From positions 24,847 to 88,846 of the forward strand of contig JALHOO010000001.1 in assembly GCA_022842945.1 (NCBI GenBank): DNA of 64,000 bases, read 5' to 3'. This DNA comes from Minisyncoccota bacterium. Lineage in GTDB: Bacteria > Patescibacteriota > Minisyncoccia > Phycocordibacterales > Phycocordibacteraceae. Positions 27,345 to 39,700 of the stretch are shown here, in pieces. A program made the translations under genes and the position numbers. How positions within the stretch are numbered: the first letter of the stretch is position 1; every line of letters begins with the position of its first letter. The notes beneath the pieces are model-generated. The model was given only the letters and a program-made list of their open reading frames with translations. It was not told where the DNA came from and did not search any database.

Positions 27345-27701
27345 AAAAAAGTGCAGCGAGTAGAAATTCATCCGACTATCATAAGTATTCATTACTTATT
27401 GCGGCTGAACGACCTACCTATACTAATTAATGTATGAATCTCTTTTTGCATTGCGATCGATGAGTCAAAGAAGATTTGTGAGTGAAGTTGAGAGAGTGCG
27501 GGCACAAGATGTACCGAATTTCATCTTACATTTGCTTCTTAACTTCGACGCGCGAGTAAAAATTTCTTCGCACTTCTTCAATGCCGAACGCTACACAAAT
27601 GTTGATGAAGTATTCCTTACAGCTATCCCCAAAGGAGTATGCACGAATAGCTAAATAACAAGCTAGAATGTAGTTAATTCGGACAACCGACCTACTGAAC
27701 C

Positions 27702-30700
27702 TTGAACGCACTCTTACAGAAAAATTTTATCTCAACTAAGGAAGCATCTTTGCTTTCGGGATACAACGCTGACTACCTGTCGCGTCTTTGTCGCGAGAAG
27801 AGAATCGCAGGTTCACAGATTGGAAGGACGTGGCTCATTGAGCGCGCGTCTCTTGAATCCTTCATGGAGAGCCAGGTTGATAGGAAGATTGAATTTGCAG
27901 AGAGTCTCGCTCGAGAGCGTGGCCTTGAGTACCGAAAGGCAAACTCGCCGAGTGCACGCATCACAAGAGTTACTGACAACCTTGAGGAGAGAATGCGCGT
28001 GGTTGCGGAATCGGTGTTCACTGCGTTGTCTGTGGTGACCATGCCGCGTGAGGTGTCGGTGTTCGGAAGCAGGGCTGTTGCTCTAGGTCTTACGGCTCTC
28101 GTGCTTGCAGGAAGCGTAACGCTCGCGGGAAGCGGAGTTGTTTCTCGCACAGGAGAAGCGCTCCTCGCCTCTGCATTTGATGCACGCTCGTTTGTACTCG
28201 CGCGCGCTTCACACATCGGACTCGTTGCGCAAGAAAAGTCTGAGGCACTTATTCTCGCGTCTAGAGAAGAAGTTCAGAAAGTTGATACGACTCTTGCGTA
28301 CGCACTAGATGAACGTGTAGAAACTCTTCCACTTGAGGTGAGTAAGAATCTTGCACAGGAGCACCCATCTGTTGAAGTGTCCAAGGTCGCATACGGACGT
28401 GCGCACGAAATCTACTCACGCTACCCAGCAGTACTTTCTTCAGCAGAGATCGCTGCGAATGTCTCATACGCGGTTACACACCCAGAAGAGACACTCACAG
28501 CAGTTGCTCACGGAGTACTGCATGGATACCGCACCATCGGTGTATTCGCACTCAACGATATTGAGAGCGTCCTCGCGCTACACCTACGCATGGTTGAAGC
28601 GGGTGGAGAGGGATTGTTCTCAGCGAGTGTTTCTATTCGAGACACCGCATACCGCGCACCACTCGCTGTAGGCAATGTATTTGTTGATGGTTCTGAAACG
28701 GTTATGTCTCTCTACGAAGACGGTGTGTATGCATACGTTGAGACTATTGCCGTGGTGCCAGAGACTATCGTCGGAGCGGTGTACCAGATCGGAAACACGT
28801 CAGGCGCAGTACTTGCTACGGGCATACAGTTGGCTCCAGGTGCATACGAGGAAGGCGTACTCGCGTTTGCAGAGACCTCGTCTTCTGTAGCAACGCTCGT
28901 TGCAAACGGTTCCTATGCGTTTGGAAAGGGAGCGAATGAGCAGGTTTCCGGCCTCACACAGGCGCAGGACCGCGTTATTGGACAGGGAGTAGCGAGTGTC
29001 CGCCTTGCGCTCGCGGGTCTTAGCGGACGCGCTACACAGATGGCGGCGGTTATCGAGTCAGGTCCGAGTGCAGCCTCAAACGAGGCGCTTCGGTTTGCGG
29101 GAGACATCACTCTTCGTATTGAGAACACTGGGACGCAGATGCTCTCAGCGTCACCACTCGCATCGATTGATTTCGATCGCTTCATTCCAGGATTCTTGAA
29201 GAACGTAACAGCGGTTATTGCACATGCCGTTGGAAGCGCCTTCCATGGAGTCTTCGGTCCTCTCGCAGGGTTCTTTGGTGCATCAGAAGAAGTGGGTCTT
29301 GCGGTTATCCCTAACGAAGGCACTCTATCCTCAGGGGACGCTGAAGCAGGTGTACCAGGAGACACGATTAACTACAACGGACCGGTAACTATAATCCGTA
29401 ACGAGTACCCAACCGCAAACTACGGCGGCGTGCCGCAGTCCTATGTTGATGACCGACTCGACTTCCTAAGGCGCACACTCTACAACCGCATCGAAGACGT
29501 TGCAGGAGACCGCACGTTCCGTGGCGACATCAACGACAGCCGAATCGTTGATAGCACTATTAACGATTCAAGTTTCTCAAACGGTGTTATTGAAAACTCA
29601 CAAATTACCGGAGGCACCATCGTTGGTAGTGCACTTAATGTTGCAACCACTACCATCACCGGCTCACTCACGGTTGATGGCGATCTTTCCGTTTCCGGCA
29701 GTGTCTCTCAGAACTCGACCACCACCAACTTCTACGCAACCAACGGCACCATTGAGAACATCCTCGGAACCAATGCAACGATTACGAACGCCACCTCCAC
29801 CAATTTCTATGCGACTCTCGCAACGATTCTGGATGGATTCTTCACGAACCTCACGGCAACCCTCGCAAACATTACGACTGCTGTTATAGCGAACCTCACC
29901 GCCACTGATGCGGTGTTCACCAACGCCACCAGCACGAACGCAACGTCAACGAATCTCTTCGCCTCAAACCTCACGGCAACAAGCGCAACCTCAACCAACC
30001 TCTTCGTTACGAGTGCCCGTATCACGACAGGTATCATTGACGCGCTTACCTCACCGCTCGCAAACATCACCACTGCGATTATCGCGAACCTCACCGCAAC
30101 CAATGCGTCTATCACGAACGCGACCACCACCAACGCAACCAGTACAGGCTCACTTGCGCTGACCTATGTCACTCCGTCGAGACTCCTTTCCGTTGGTGCA
30201 TCGGGCGTTGTGGGATCAGCCGACCTCTCCTCATGGATTGCGGGAACCTTGAATCAGCTCACGGTTACCGACAACGGCATTGGCGGCATAACACTCTCAC
30301 TTCCATCAACCATCGTTATTGGAAGCTCACAGCCAACCACCATCGCAAGCAACGGCGCTACCTCAACCTTTGGCGGAGGACTCCAGGCTACGTTCGTTGA
30401 GGGTGTGCAGTACATCGCAGGCCCGTATGTGCTCGCAACTTCAACAACCGCAACATCTGCGTTCTCAGGAAACATTGCGGTTGGCCGCAATACAACGCTT
30501 GGTACTACCGCCGCTGACTTCCTAACGGTTAACAGCTCCATTAGCTCGAACCTCATTCCGTCTGCAAACAACACGTATGATCTGGGATCGGTAGGGAACA
30601 ACTGGAACCGTATCTATGTGGATGAAGTAGTGGCGAATAACATCTCTGCTGCCTCTAGTTCGATTGCAGGAACTGTCTCCGAGTCATTCACAATTAACTC

Positions 30701-33700
30701 CGATAACGCAACGGCGGATACTGAAGATAGTACGCTCGTTTTCAATCGCGGAAGCGCTTCACCAAATGCGCTTATAACCTGGAACTCAGCTACAGACCGC
30801 TTTGAGCTCAATATGCCAATCTTCTCGGCAGATGGCATATTCACGAACGCCACTACTACGAACCTCGTAGCGACGAACGTCACGGTTAATGGCGAGACCT
30901 TTACCGACTTCACGGGTACGAACCTCACCAACACCGGAGGAGCGCTTGGTCTCTCTGCCTCCTACGCTGGGCAGAGCTCCATTACAACCCTGGGTACCAT
31001 AACCTCAGGAACCTGGAACGGTTCAACGGTCGGGGTGCCATACGGCGGTACCGGTGCAACCTCACTCACCGGTCTCCTTATTGGAAACGGTACGGGAGCA
31101 TTTACCGCAACCACACTCTCCTCCGGTATTGCAGGACAGATCTCAGACGAGACGGGTACCGGCTCGCTCGTGTTCAGCAACAGCCCAACTTTCACTGGTA
31201 CAAGCGTGTTCGCTGACCTTACCGCCACGAACGCCACCACCACCTCATTCTTCACCTCAACACTCGGTCTCGGTTCCGGAAACTACTTCACGTCGCTTCT
31301 TGGCAACGGCCTCACGAACGTAGGCGGCACCCTCACGGTCTCAACTACATCTCTTGCCTCAGGCTTCTTCCAGCAGGGAGGGAACTCGTTTGGCACAACG
31401 GCAACACTCGGTACCAACGATGCAAACAACCTCGCTCTTGAGACGGGAGGATCTACAAGGATGACGATTAATACGAGTGGGAATGTTGGTATAGGCACGA
31501 CTACTCCCGCTGTCAGATTTAGCGTATATGAAGGTAGCTCATCAATTGCTGCAGCGTTCCGTGGTGGTGGTGGACCGACCGTTGGAATCGGATCAACTGT
31601 CGATGGAGGTAGAATCCAGGCTTATACGAATGATTCCTTAGTCTCCGTCGCTAACATCTCACTCCAATCAGCTGGTGGCAACGTGGGTATAGGTACGACC
31701 ACCCCCGCATCCCTGCTCCAGGTAGTCTCTTCCGGTGGGTTCACTACGTCGGCACAGACAATAGCCTCGTTCGTACGTAATGGCAGCACAGCGAGCGATG
31801 CTGTGGTCTCTATCATTGCTGGAAATGCCGCAAAATCTTTCCTTAGATTTGGTGACACTGATACTGAGGCGATGGGTATCATCAAATATGATCATGCACT
31901 GAACGCTCTTACGTTCGGTACTAACGGCGTCCAGGACTTGTTGAACATTACGTCTACAGGCAACGTCGGCATCGGTACAACCTCTCCTTTCTCGCCAGCA
32001 AGTATTGGAAGAGTGCTCAATATCTTCAATACAACTGGACTGAACGCAGGAATTAACCTTTCCTCGGGAGCTGAAGATTTTGAAGTTGCAAATGTCTCAG
32101 GAGATTTGTGGTTCATTGATGACAACTCGACAAGGATGGTTATCAAAAACACCACCGGCAATGTCGGAATCGGGGAGACCGCTCCAGGTTCGCGACTATC
32201 TGTATCTGGCGGGGCAACTATTGGTGCTTCCTACGACACGACGGCCGCACCAACAAACGGCCTTCTTGTGGAAGGTAGTGTCGGTATTGGTACGACGACA
32301 CCAGGAAATTTGTTGACAGTATCTGGTGCAACTCCCAAGATTCAGATAAATTCTGTAACAGGTTTTCCTTCGTTGTTGTTTTCCGATGGTGGAACAACAC
32401 GTTATGAAATTTACAGTGATGCAGCAGGAGTATTGAAGTTTGTTGAGGGTGGTGCAGGGTCAAGGATGGTGATAAATAGTGGCAACGTCGGTATTGGTAC
32501 TACTACTCCCGACACAACCCTCAACGTAGTGAAGGGTGCAGGAAAAACATGGACAACAACCGCAGGAACGGTGGCATTGTTTGAACGTGCAAATAGTTCA
32601 GGAGCAGCAGCGTACATCTCTGTTATCTCAGGAAACACGGGTCTTGCGCGCCTCCAGTTAGGAGATACAGATGCAGAGGCACGAGGATTAGTGCAGTACG
32701 ACAACAGCAGTGATGCGCTTTCTTTGTGGACGGCAGGTACCCAGAAGCTCACTGTTCTTGCTGGAGGCAACGTTGGTATCGGCACCACCACCCCCGGCCA
32801 GACCCTCTCTGTCGCTGGTACCGGCCTCTTCTCCGGCCTCTCCACATTCATGTCCGGTTTCAACATCGGCAGCGAAACCTTCACTTCACTTCTTGGAAAC
32901 GGCCTCACGAACGTAGGCGGCACTCTCACGGTCTCAACCACATCTCTTGCCTCAGGCTTCTTTCAGCAGGGAGGGAACTCATTTGGAACAACCGCAACAC
33001 TTGGCACCAACGACTCAAACAACCTCGCTCTTGAGACGGGAGGATCTACAAGGATGACGATTGATACAAGCGGGAATGTGGGGGTCGGTTTAACGAGCCC
33101 AAGTGACCGCTTTGAAGTAAGGGCGGCAGGAAACGACGACGGTATTCGGCTTCAAAGCAGCAATGGCTCAAATAACCTTGCGTGGCTTCATCAGCAGAAT
33201 ACGGATGCAGCAATACTTCGCATGTATGACGGCGGCACAGAGAACATACGCATAAATTCAGAGACGAGCGGCGCGAGCTTCTTTAATGCGGGCAACGTCG
33301 GTATTGGCACCACAAGTCCACAGGCATCGTTGCATGTTGCAGGTGCAAGTGGTGCGCTCTTTGGTCTTCAGGCAGGTCAGGTTGGAACTCTGGGACTAAC
33401 AACGGCAAGCGCAGGCTCTCCGGTCAGTGGACGCCTAACGTTTGGCTCGGATGGTACAGGGTGGCAGTTCAGGATTGCACAGAATGTTGCAGGAACTGTT
33501 ACAGATCTTTTTACGGTTGAGACAGGAGGTAATGTTGGTATCGGCACCACAACTCCGAGCGCACTCCTCTCGCTTGCAAGTGGCACAACTGCTGCAAGTG
33601 GTATTGCATTTGGTAGTGATGTAAATCTCTATCGTCACTCAGCAAACCTTCTTAAGACAGACGATGACATTACCCTCGGTAGTGGTCTGTATCTTTCAAA

Positions 33701-36700
33701 CACTGGAGAAGTATACGGAACTCAGTTGGTGAACAATGTGACCGGGCTCAATGCGGCAGTTGCGGTTACAACTACAGGCGTAACCATAACGAGGAATATC
33801 GCAGATACGAACCCGGCTCTCATTGTTTCGCAGGCGCATGCAGGTTCAACAGGCGATATAATGCGACTCAACAATAGCGCCGGTACCGTACTAACGGTGC
33901 AACGGGGAGGTAATGTAGGTATTGGTACAACATCCCCACTATCAAAGCTCCATGTGAACGCAGGAGACATAACTGTTACAAATAGCAGTGCCAATCCCGC
34001 GTACTATCTCGGGGAAAGTGATCTGCTTACGGCAGGTACCTATGGCTACATGACCTGGGACCGTACCAGCGATCTTCTACAGCTTGGTACGCAAGCAGCA
34101 GGCCCAACCATAACCATGAGTGAGAGTGGGAATGTTAGTATTGCCACCACTACATCCCTTGGTAGGTTGCAAATTGCAAAGAATTCACTCTACACAAACG
34201 CAGATGGTGACGCTGGTATCCATATACTCTCAAACACGGGAGAATCTGCTCTTGCACTTGGTGCAGATGATACAAACAATCTGGCCTTTATCCAGTCTGT
34301 CCAAAGTGGAGTCTCGTATAGCACTCGACCGCTCTCGTTAAATCCTAATGGTGGCAACGTCGGTATTGGTACTACAGGCCCTGGGTCTAGATTCCATGTA
34401 GAAGGCGGAGGTGTGATCATTAACACTGTCGGAGGTGCAGGAACCTCTATTGGTCGACACATTAATATTGGTACTGCAACACCAACAGACTGGAGGTCAT
34501 ACACAGGCTCCACCGCTGCAGCTATCCAGATGCAGAATAGTGCAACAGAAGGATTCGTTCTTGTTGCGACCGTTGGCGCTACCGTACCAAGAACTCAGTT
34601 CATTACGACAGGAGGGTATGAAATTCAGGTAGGAGCAACTGTTGGCGGGGCGGGTACAACAGCGCTCCAGATACTGTCTTCAGGCAACGTCGGTATTGGC
34701 ACCACCTCACCAACTTCACTCTTGAACGTTTCTGAAACAGGTAGTAACTCAGCGACATTTGGAACAGCTATTCCTTTCAGGGTTTCGAGCACGAACTCTT
34801 TGAACTCGAATGTTCATGTTGGTCTAGGATTCGAGCGAACGAACTTTAGTGGCGAAATGAAACTCTCAGGAGTCATAGATATCATTTCCGGGACAAACTC
34901 AGCAGGCGCGGAGAATTCTTCAATGCGATTTGGCACTCTAAAAGCAGGGACGCTTACACAACACATGATTATTGACTCGACTGGCAACGTCGGTATCGGT
35001 ACCACGTCGCCCGTTTCGAAGCTCTCGGTAGTCGGCGGTGCGTACCTCGGCGGAAACGTATTCATTGGAGATAACCAGCGAGGATACTTCATCGGTGAAG
35101 TAAATGATTTCAGTTATGGTGTTTCGAAAAGCGCATTAGGAAGCTCTGCAAACTTGCAGTTTAGCGCCGGCAGCGCAACTCCTCGGATGTCTATAACGAG
35201 TACGGGCAACGTTGGTATTGGTACAACAACCCCTCTAGGAAGGGTGCATATCCTTGGATCAGAAGGCGTAGTGGCACATCCACCAGTCGGGTTCGCATCG
35301 GTAGCGGACGATCTCATTATTTCCAATAACGGAAGCAGCGGTATTACCCTTCAGGGAAGTAATTCTGGAACAAACTACATCGTCTTTGCAGATGCGGCAC
35401 TGGGAGGAAACAACTGGATTGCGTATGAGCATGCGAATGATGCACTCGCATTCCGTGTGAACAATGCTGAGCGCATGCGCATCAATAGTGCAGGCAACGT
35501 CGGTATCGGTACCTCAACACCATTCTCCAAACTGTCTGTCACCGGAGCAGGTACGGGCACCGGACGAGGCTTCAGTGTTGCAAACTCCAGCAACCTCGAC
35601 AACTTCTACGTGCTTGATAATGGAACCACGTACACAAGAGGAAACATAACCCTCCCATTCCAAACAAATAACTTCATCGGTAGTGCATCCAACAACGGGC
35701 TGTACTTTGATGGGTCAGGAAACTACGGTATGTCCGTTAACAGTAGTATTGGTGGAGGGATTGTCTTTGAAAGTGATGGAGGAAGTACCGGCAGCTTCTT
35801 CATCGGAACAGGAAATGAAGACCCTGACAGTGCAACAAAACTAGTTACCGTTCTTCAGGGTGGCAACGTCGGTATCGGTTCAACAGCACCGCTGTCTGCG
35901 TTTCAGGTTGGGGCAGCACCAACATATAACTTTGCTGTCACTAACCCAAAGGCAAATATTATTAGTACAAATTACGACCCGACAGAGTTAACTAGAGGTA
36001 CGCTTAATCTAGAATCGTCATCGAGGTCAGCAGGAAACAACAGTGGACTTGGTCCCTCACTCACTTTTACTCAAAACACTAGTCAGTATGTAGATGGATA
36101 CGAAAAAGTGATTGGTGCGATTAAGGCATACATTACTACAAATACAAACGCTAGTGCGAATAGTAGTTTAGGCTTCTATACCCATGATGTCGGCTCATCA
36201 TTAACTGAGCAAATGACTATAAATAGTTCTGGTAACGTCGGTATTGGTACTACCAACCCAGCTTCCCATAAGCTGGTTGTGGTGGGAGGTAATGCCAATA
36301 CCTTGCGTATCGATAATGCTGGTGAGCAGTACACTTCTGCTGACTTCTTTAACAATGGCTCATCAAAGGCTACGCAGTATTACGACAACACAGGTTCAGA
36401 GTTCGTGTCCCGCACAACGGTAGCTGCCAACCTTGGGTTTGACACAAACCTGACGCGTCGTATGACCATCCTTTCAAATGGCAACGTCGGTATTGGTACA
36501 GCAAGTCCTAGTTACAAGTTTACTGTGACGGAGTCTACTGCAAACGGTATAGCCGGGCGATTTGCAGCGAGTGGAACAGGTACTCCGTTCGGTGTCTATG
36601 CAACTGCTCTCGGAGCTTCTACACAAAACACTGCAGGATATTTCCAAGCGAGCGGTGCAACGACCAACATTGGCGTGAGTGCAGATGTTGTCTCTGGTGC

Positions 36701-39700
36701 GAATAATTATGCTATTTACGCAGGAAATACTGCAAAGTCATACTTTGCAGGTAGTGTGGGCATTGGCACCAATGCGCCGGTAACGCGCTTGCACGTAAGT
36801 TCTGCAACGTCTGTAGCCACTGTTCCTTCTGCAGGTGCTAGTGCAGGGGCTGGTCTCCTTGTATCGAATGTGGATTCGTCATATGGCCTTGTTGCGGGAT
36901 CGCTTACAAACGGCAACGGCTTCCTGCAATCTCAGAGAGTAGATGGTTTGGGGACCACCTATAATTTGCTGCTCCAGCCGAACGGAGGCAATGTCGGTAT
37001 TGGCGATTCCAACCCTAGTCGTAAGCTCAGTGTCGTAGGGACTGATGTTAACGGTAATTACGCGGACTTCAAGAGTGCAAGTGGAGCGATATTGGCTGTC
37101 GGCTCTACGGCAACTGCCGGCAGGATTCAAGCGTATACTAACGGATATGGAGGTGTCGCTCCGCTTATCTTGAACGACGCGGGAGGCAATGTCGGTATCG
37201 GAGACACCACACCAGACGCAAAGTTCGAAATTCTCCAGGCTAGCGATACGTCCACGCAGGGTCTCCAAATAAGTCGTTCGAATGATTCAGACTTTATGCG
37301 CATGTATATGGCTGCTGGTGTAGGAACGCTCTCAGACACGCTCATTTTTAGCAGTGCGTTTGCGGGAGACGTTGCCGCAATTGGTAGGGATGGTAGTGCG
37401 TATTTCGCAGGGAAGGTCGGTATTGGTACAAGCTCCCCAGACACAAATCTCAGTGTGGTCGGTAATATTACCGGTGGTACAGGTACTACGATGAAGATTA
37501 CAAATCTTATGGCAGGAACTGTTGCGTCGCCTGAGTACGCTACTCTTGCATTTAATGGTTATTTGGCTGGTCCCAAAGCAACCATTCAGGCGCTTGAGCA
37601 AACGGGCAATACGTGGGCTTCCCAGTTGACGTTTACCATTAATGATGGAAGTGGAGCTAGTTCGATGGTTGAACGCATGCGCATAAACGGTGCGACAGGA
37701 AACGTTGGTATTGGTACCTCGACACCAAGTACACTGCTCGAAACGTATCGAGCTGCAGCAAACAACACACTCAAAATAGCTATTGGAGGGGGTACAGGCC
37801 ATACCTATTCCCCAAAGCTCACTCTCTCTCGATATGCAGCAACTGACTGGAGTCTTTCCCAACCGACGGGATCCTATGATTTCACCATTGATCAGGATGG
37901 AGCTCGTAGAGTTACTATACAAACCAGTTCAGGCAACGTCGGTATCGGAACAACCTCCCCGTACGCTAAGCTCTCAATTGTGGATGGTGACGGTTCAGCC
38001 GACACTACTCTCGCGCTCAATAACCGATTCAAGTTTAGGGGGGATGGTGTAATGGGTTGGGGAAGTGCTGCGGCGACTGGAATACTCTCATGGGACGGGT
38101 CCACAGCGATTGTGGGTTCGCAAGCATCGTCCGACTTAGCATTCATAACTAATGGCACATCCCTCTCGAGCGAGAGAATGCGCATAACAACTGGAGGCAA
38201 CGTCGGTATCGGCACCACAACACCTACCTCAGCACTTGATGTTGCCGGAAACGTAACCACGAGAGGCCAGCACGTGTTCTTTGGAAGCACATCAAACAGT
38301 GCTTTTGCGCTTGGTCTTCAATTTGATTCTACGTATCAGGGCGTCTCAAACGTGTTCCGCTTCCGCCAGGGAGGATCAACTGCTGGAGGTGTAGCATTCT
38401 CGGTCTATGATGCTGCGCCAAATCTATTCCTTACGGCTGCCGGTACGGTTGGTATTGGTACCGCAACTGCTGGCTCAGCACTTACGGTTGCAGGAAATAT
38501 CGAAACTACAAACGGCGCCAACCGAAGTTTGATACTGCGCTCCGCATCTAACTATAGCTACTCTCTCCAGGCAACAAGTGACGACTTCCAGATCTTGGAG
38601 GCAGGAGATGCAGCAAAGGTGCGTTTCCATATCGACTATCCAAATGGCAACGTCGGTATTGGTACTACGGCTCCTGGAGCAAAGCTCACTGTAGTCGGCG
38701 ATACGTGGCTAAACGGTATCACGAACGGCGGTACGTTCAACCTTGCCCTAAATGCCGCTAGTGGAAACGGCATCATAGTAAGCAACGGAGCTGATGCGAG
38801 TGTCACGAATAACCGTCGTGTTGTTATTGGGCAATCAGGAACTAATGGTGGACTTGGCTTGTTCTATAACAACGCGGGAACTATCGGAGTGCGTCTTTCA
38901 GGAGTGACAAATGACGCGAGCTACTTCAATAATGGCGGTAATGTCGGTATTGGTACCACCAACCCATTAAATATGCTCGTTGTTGGAGGCACACAAGCAG
39001 GTAACGCAGGATTCGAAATCGTTCCTGGCTCTGGAATCGTAGCGCAGTCGTATAACCGAACATCATCTGCGTACGCGTCACTCAACTTTGACGGGTCTTC
39101 TATCGGATTCCGTCCGAACGGCTCAACCATGCTCACTGCAAACACAACCGGCGTCTTGGTTGCGAATCTCGTCTCCTGTGCTGGTGTCCAGACCAACGGC
39201 TCGGGTCTCATGAGTTGTACATCGGACGCGAACCTGAAGGATGTACAGAGTGCGTTCACCACAGGTCTTAGTGGACTTCGAGGGATTAATCCGCAGACCT
39301 ACACCTGGAAGAGCGGTACTGACTACTTTGATGGTGGTGTCGAGTATTCTGGATTCATTGCACAGAACGTAGGTGCAAACATTCCTGAGGCAATGAATGA
39401 AGGGGCGAATGGTTTCAAGCAGATTAGCACTACCGCTATCCTCGCGGCGTCTATAAATGCTATCAAGGAGCTTGATGTACGCACACTCTCCCTAGCTCCT
39501 GCCGCAGAGAATCAAGCAGCACACACACTCGCTGTATCGAGTGATGCAACGATAGCTGGCATGCTCACCGTTACAGGTATCGGAACCTTCAGCGACTCTC
39601 TCACTGCGGCAAGTATCCTCTCAAATGGTTCTGTAACCGCAACATCGTTCCTTACTGAGACCACTGACACGCTTCCAAGTGAAGTGCTAACCGGAGGAAG

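Noticed and set aside
27430-27654. 74-aa ORF upstream of the giant gene
   Set aside because: No recognisable motif and it lies in AT-rich regulatory-looking DNA; a nearby TATACT keeps it possible, but it cannot be supported
32481-38659. Repeat-spacer pattern as a CRISPR array or diversity-generating retroelement
   Set aside because: Repeats are 14-18 nt and in frame with 120-370+ nt coding spacers; no cas genes, no reverse transcriptase, and the duplicated segment's differences are not adenine-specific
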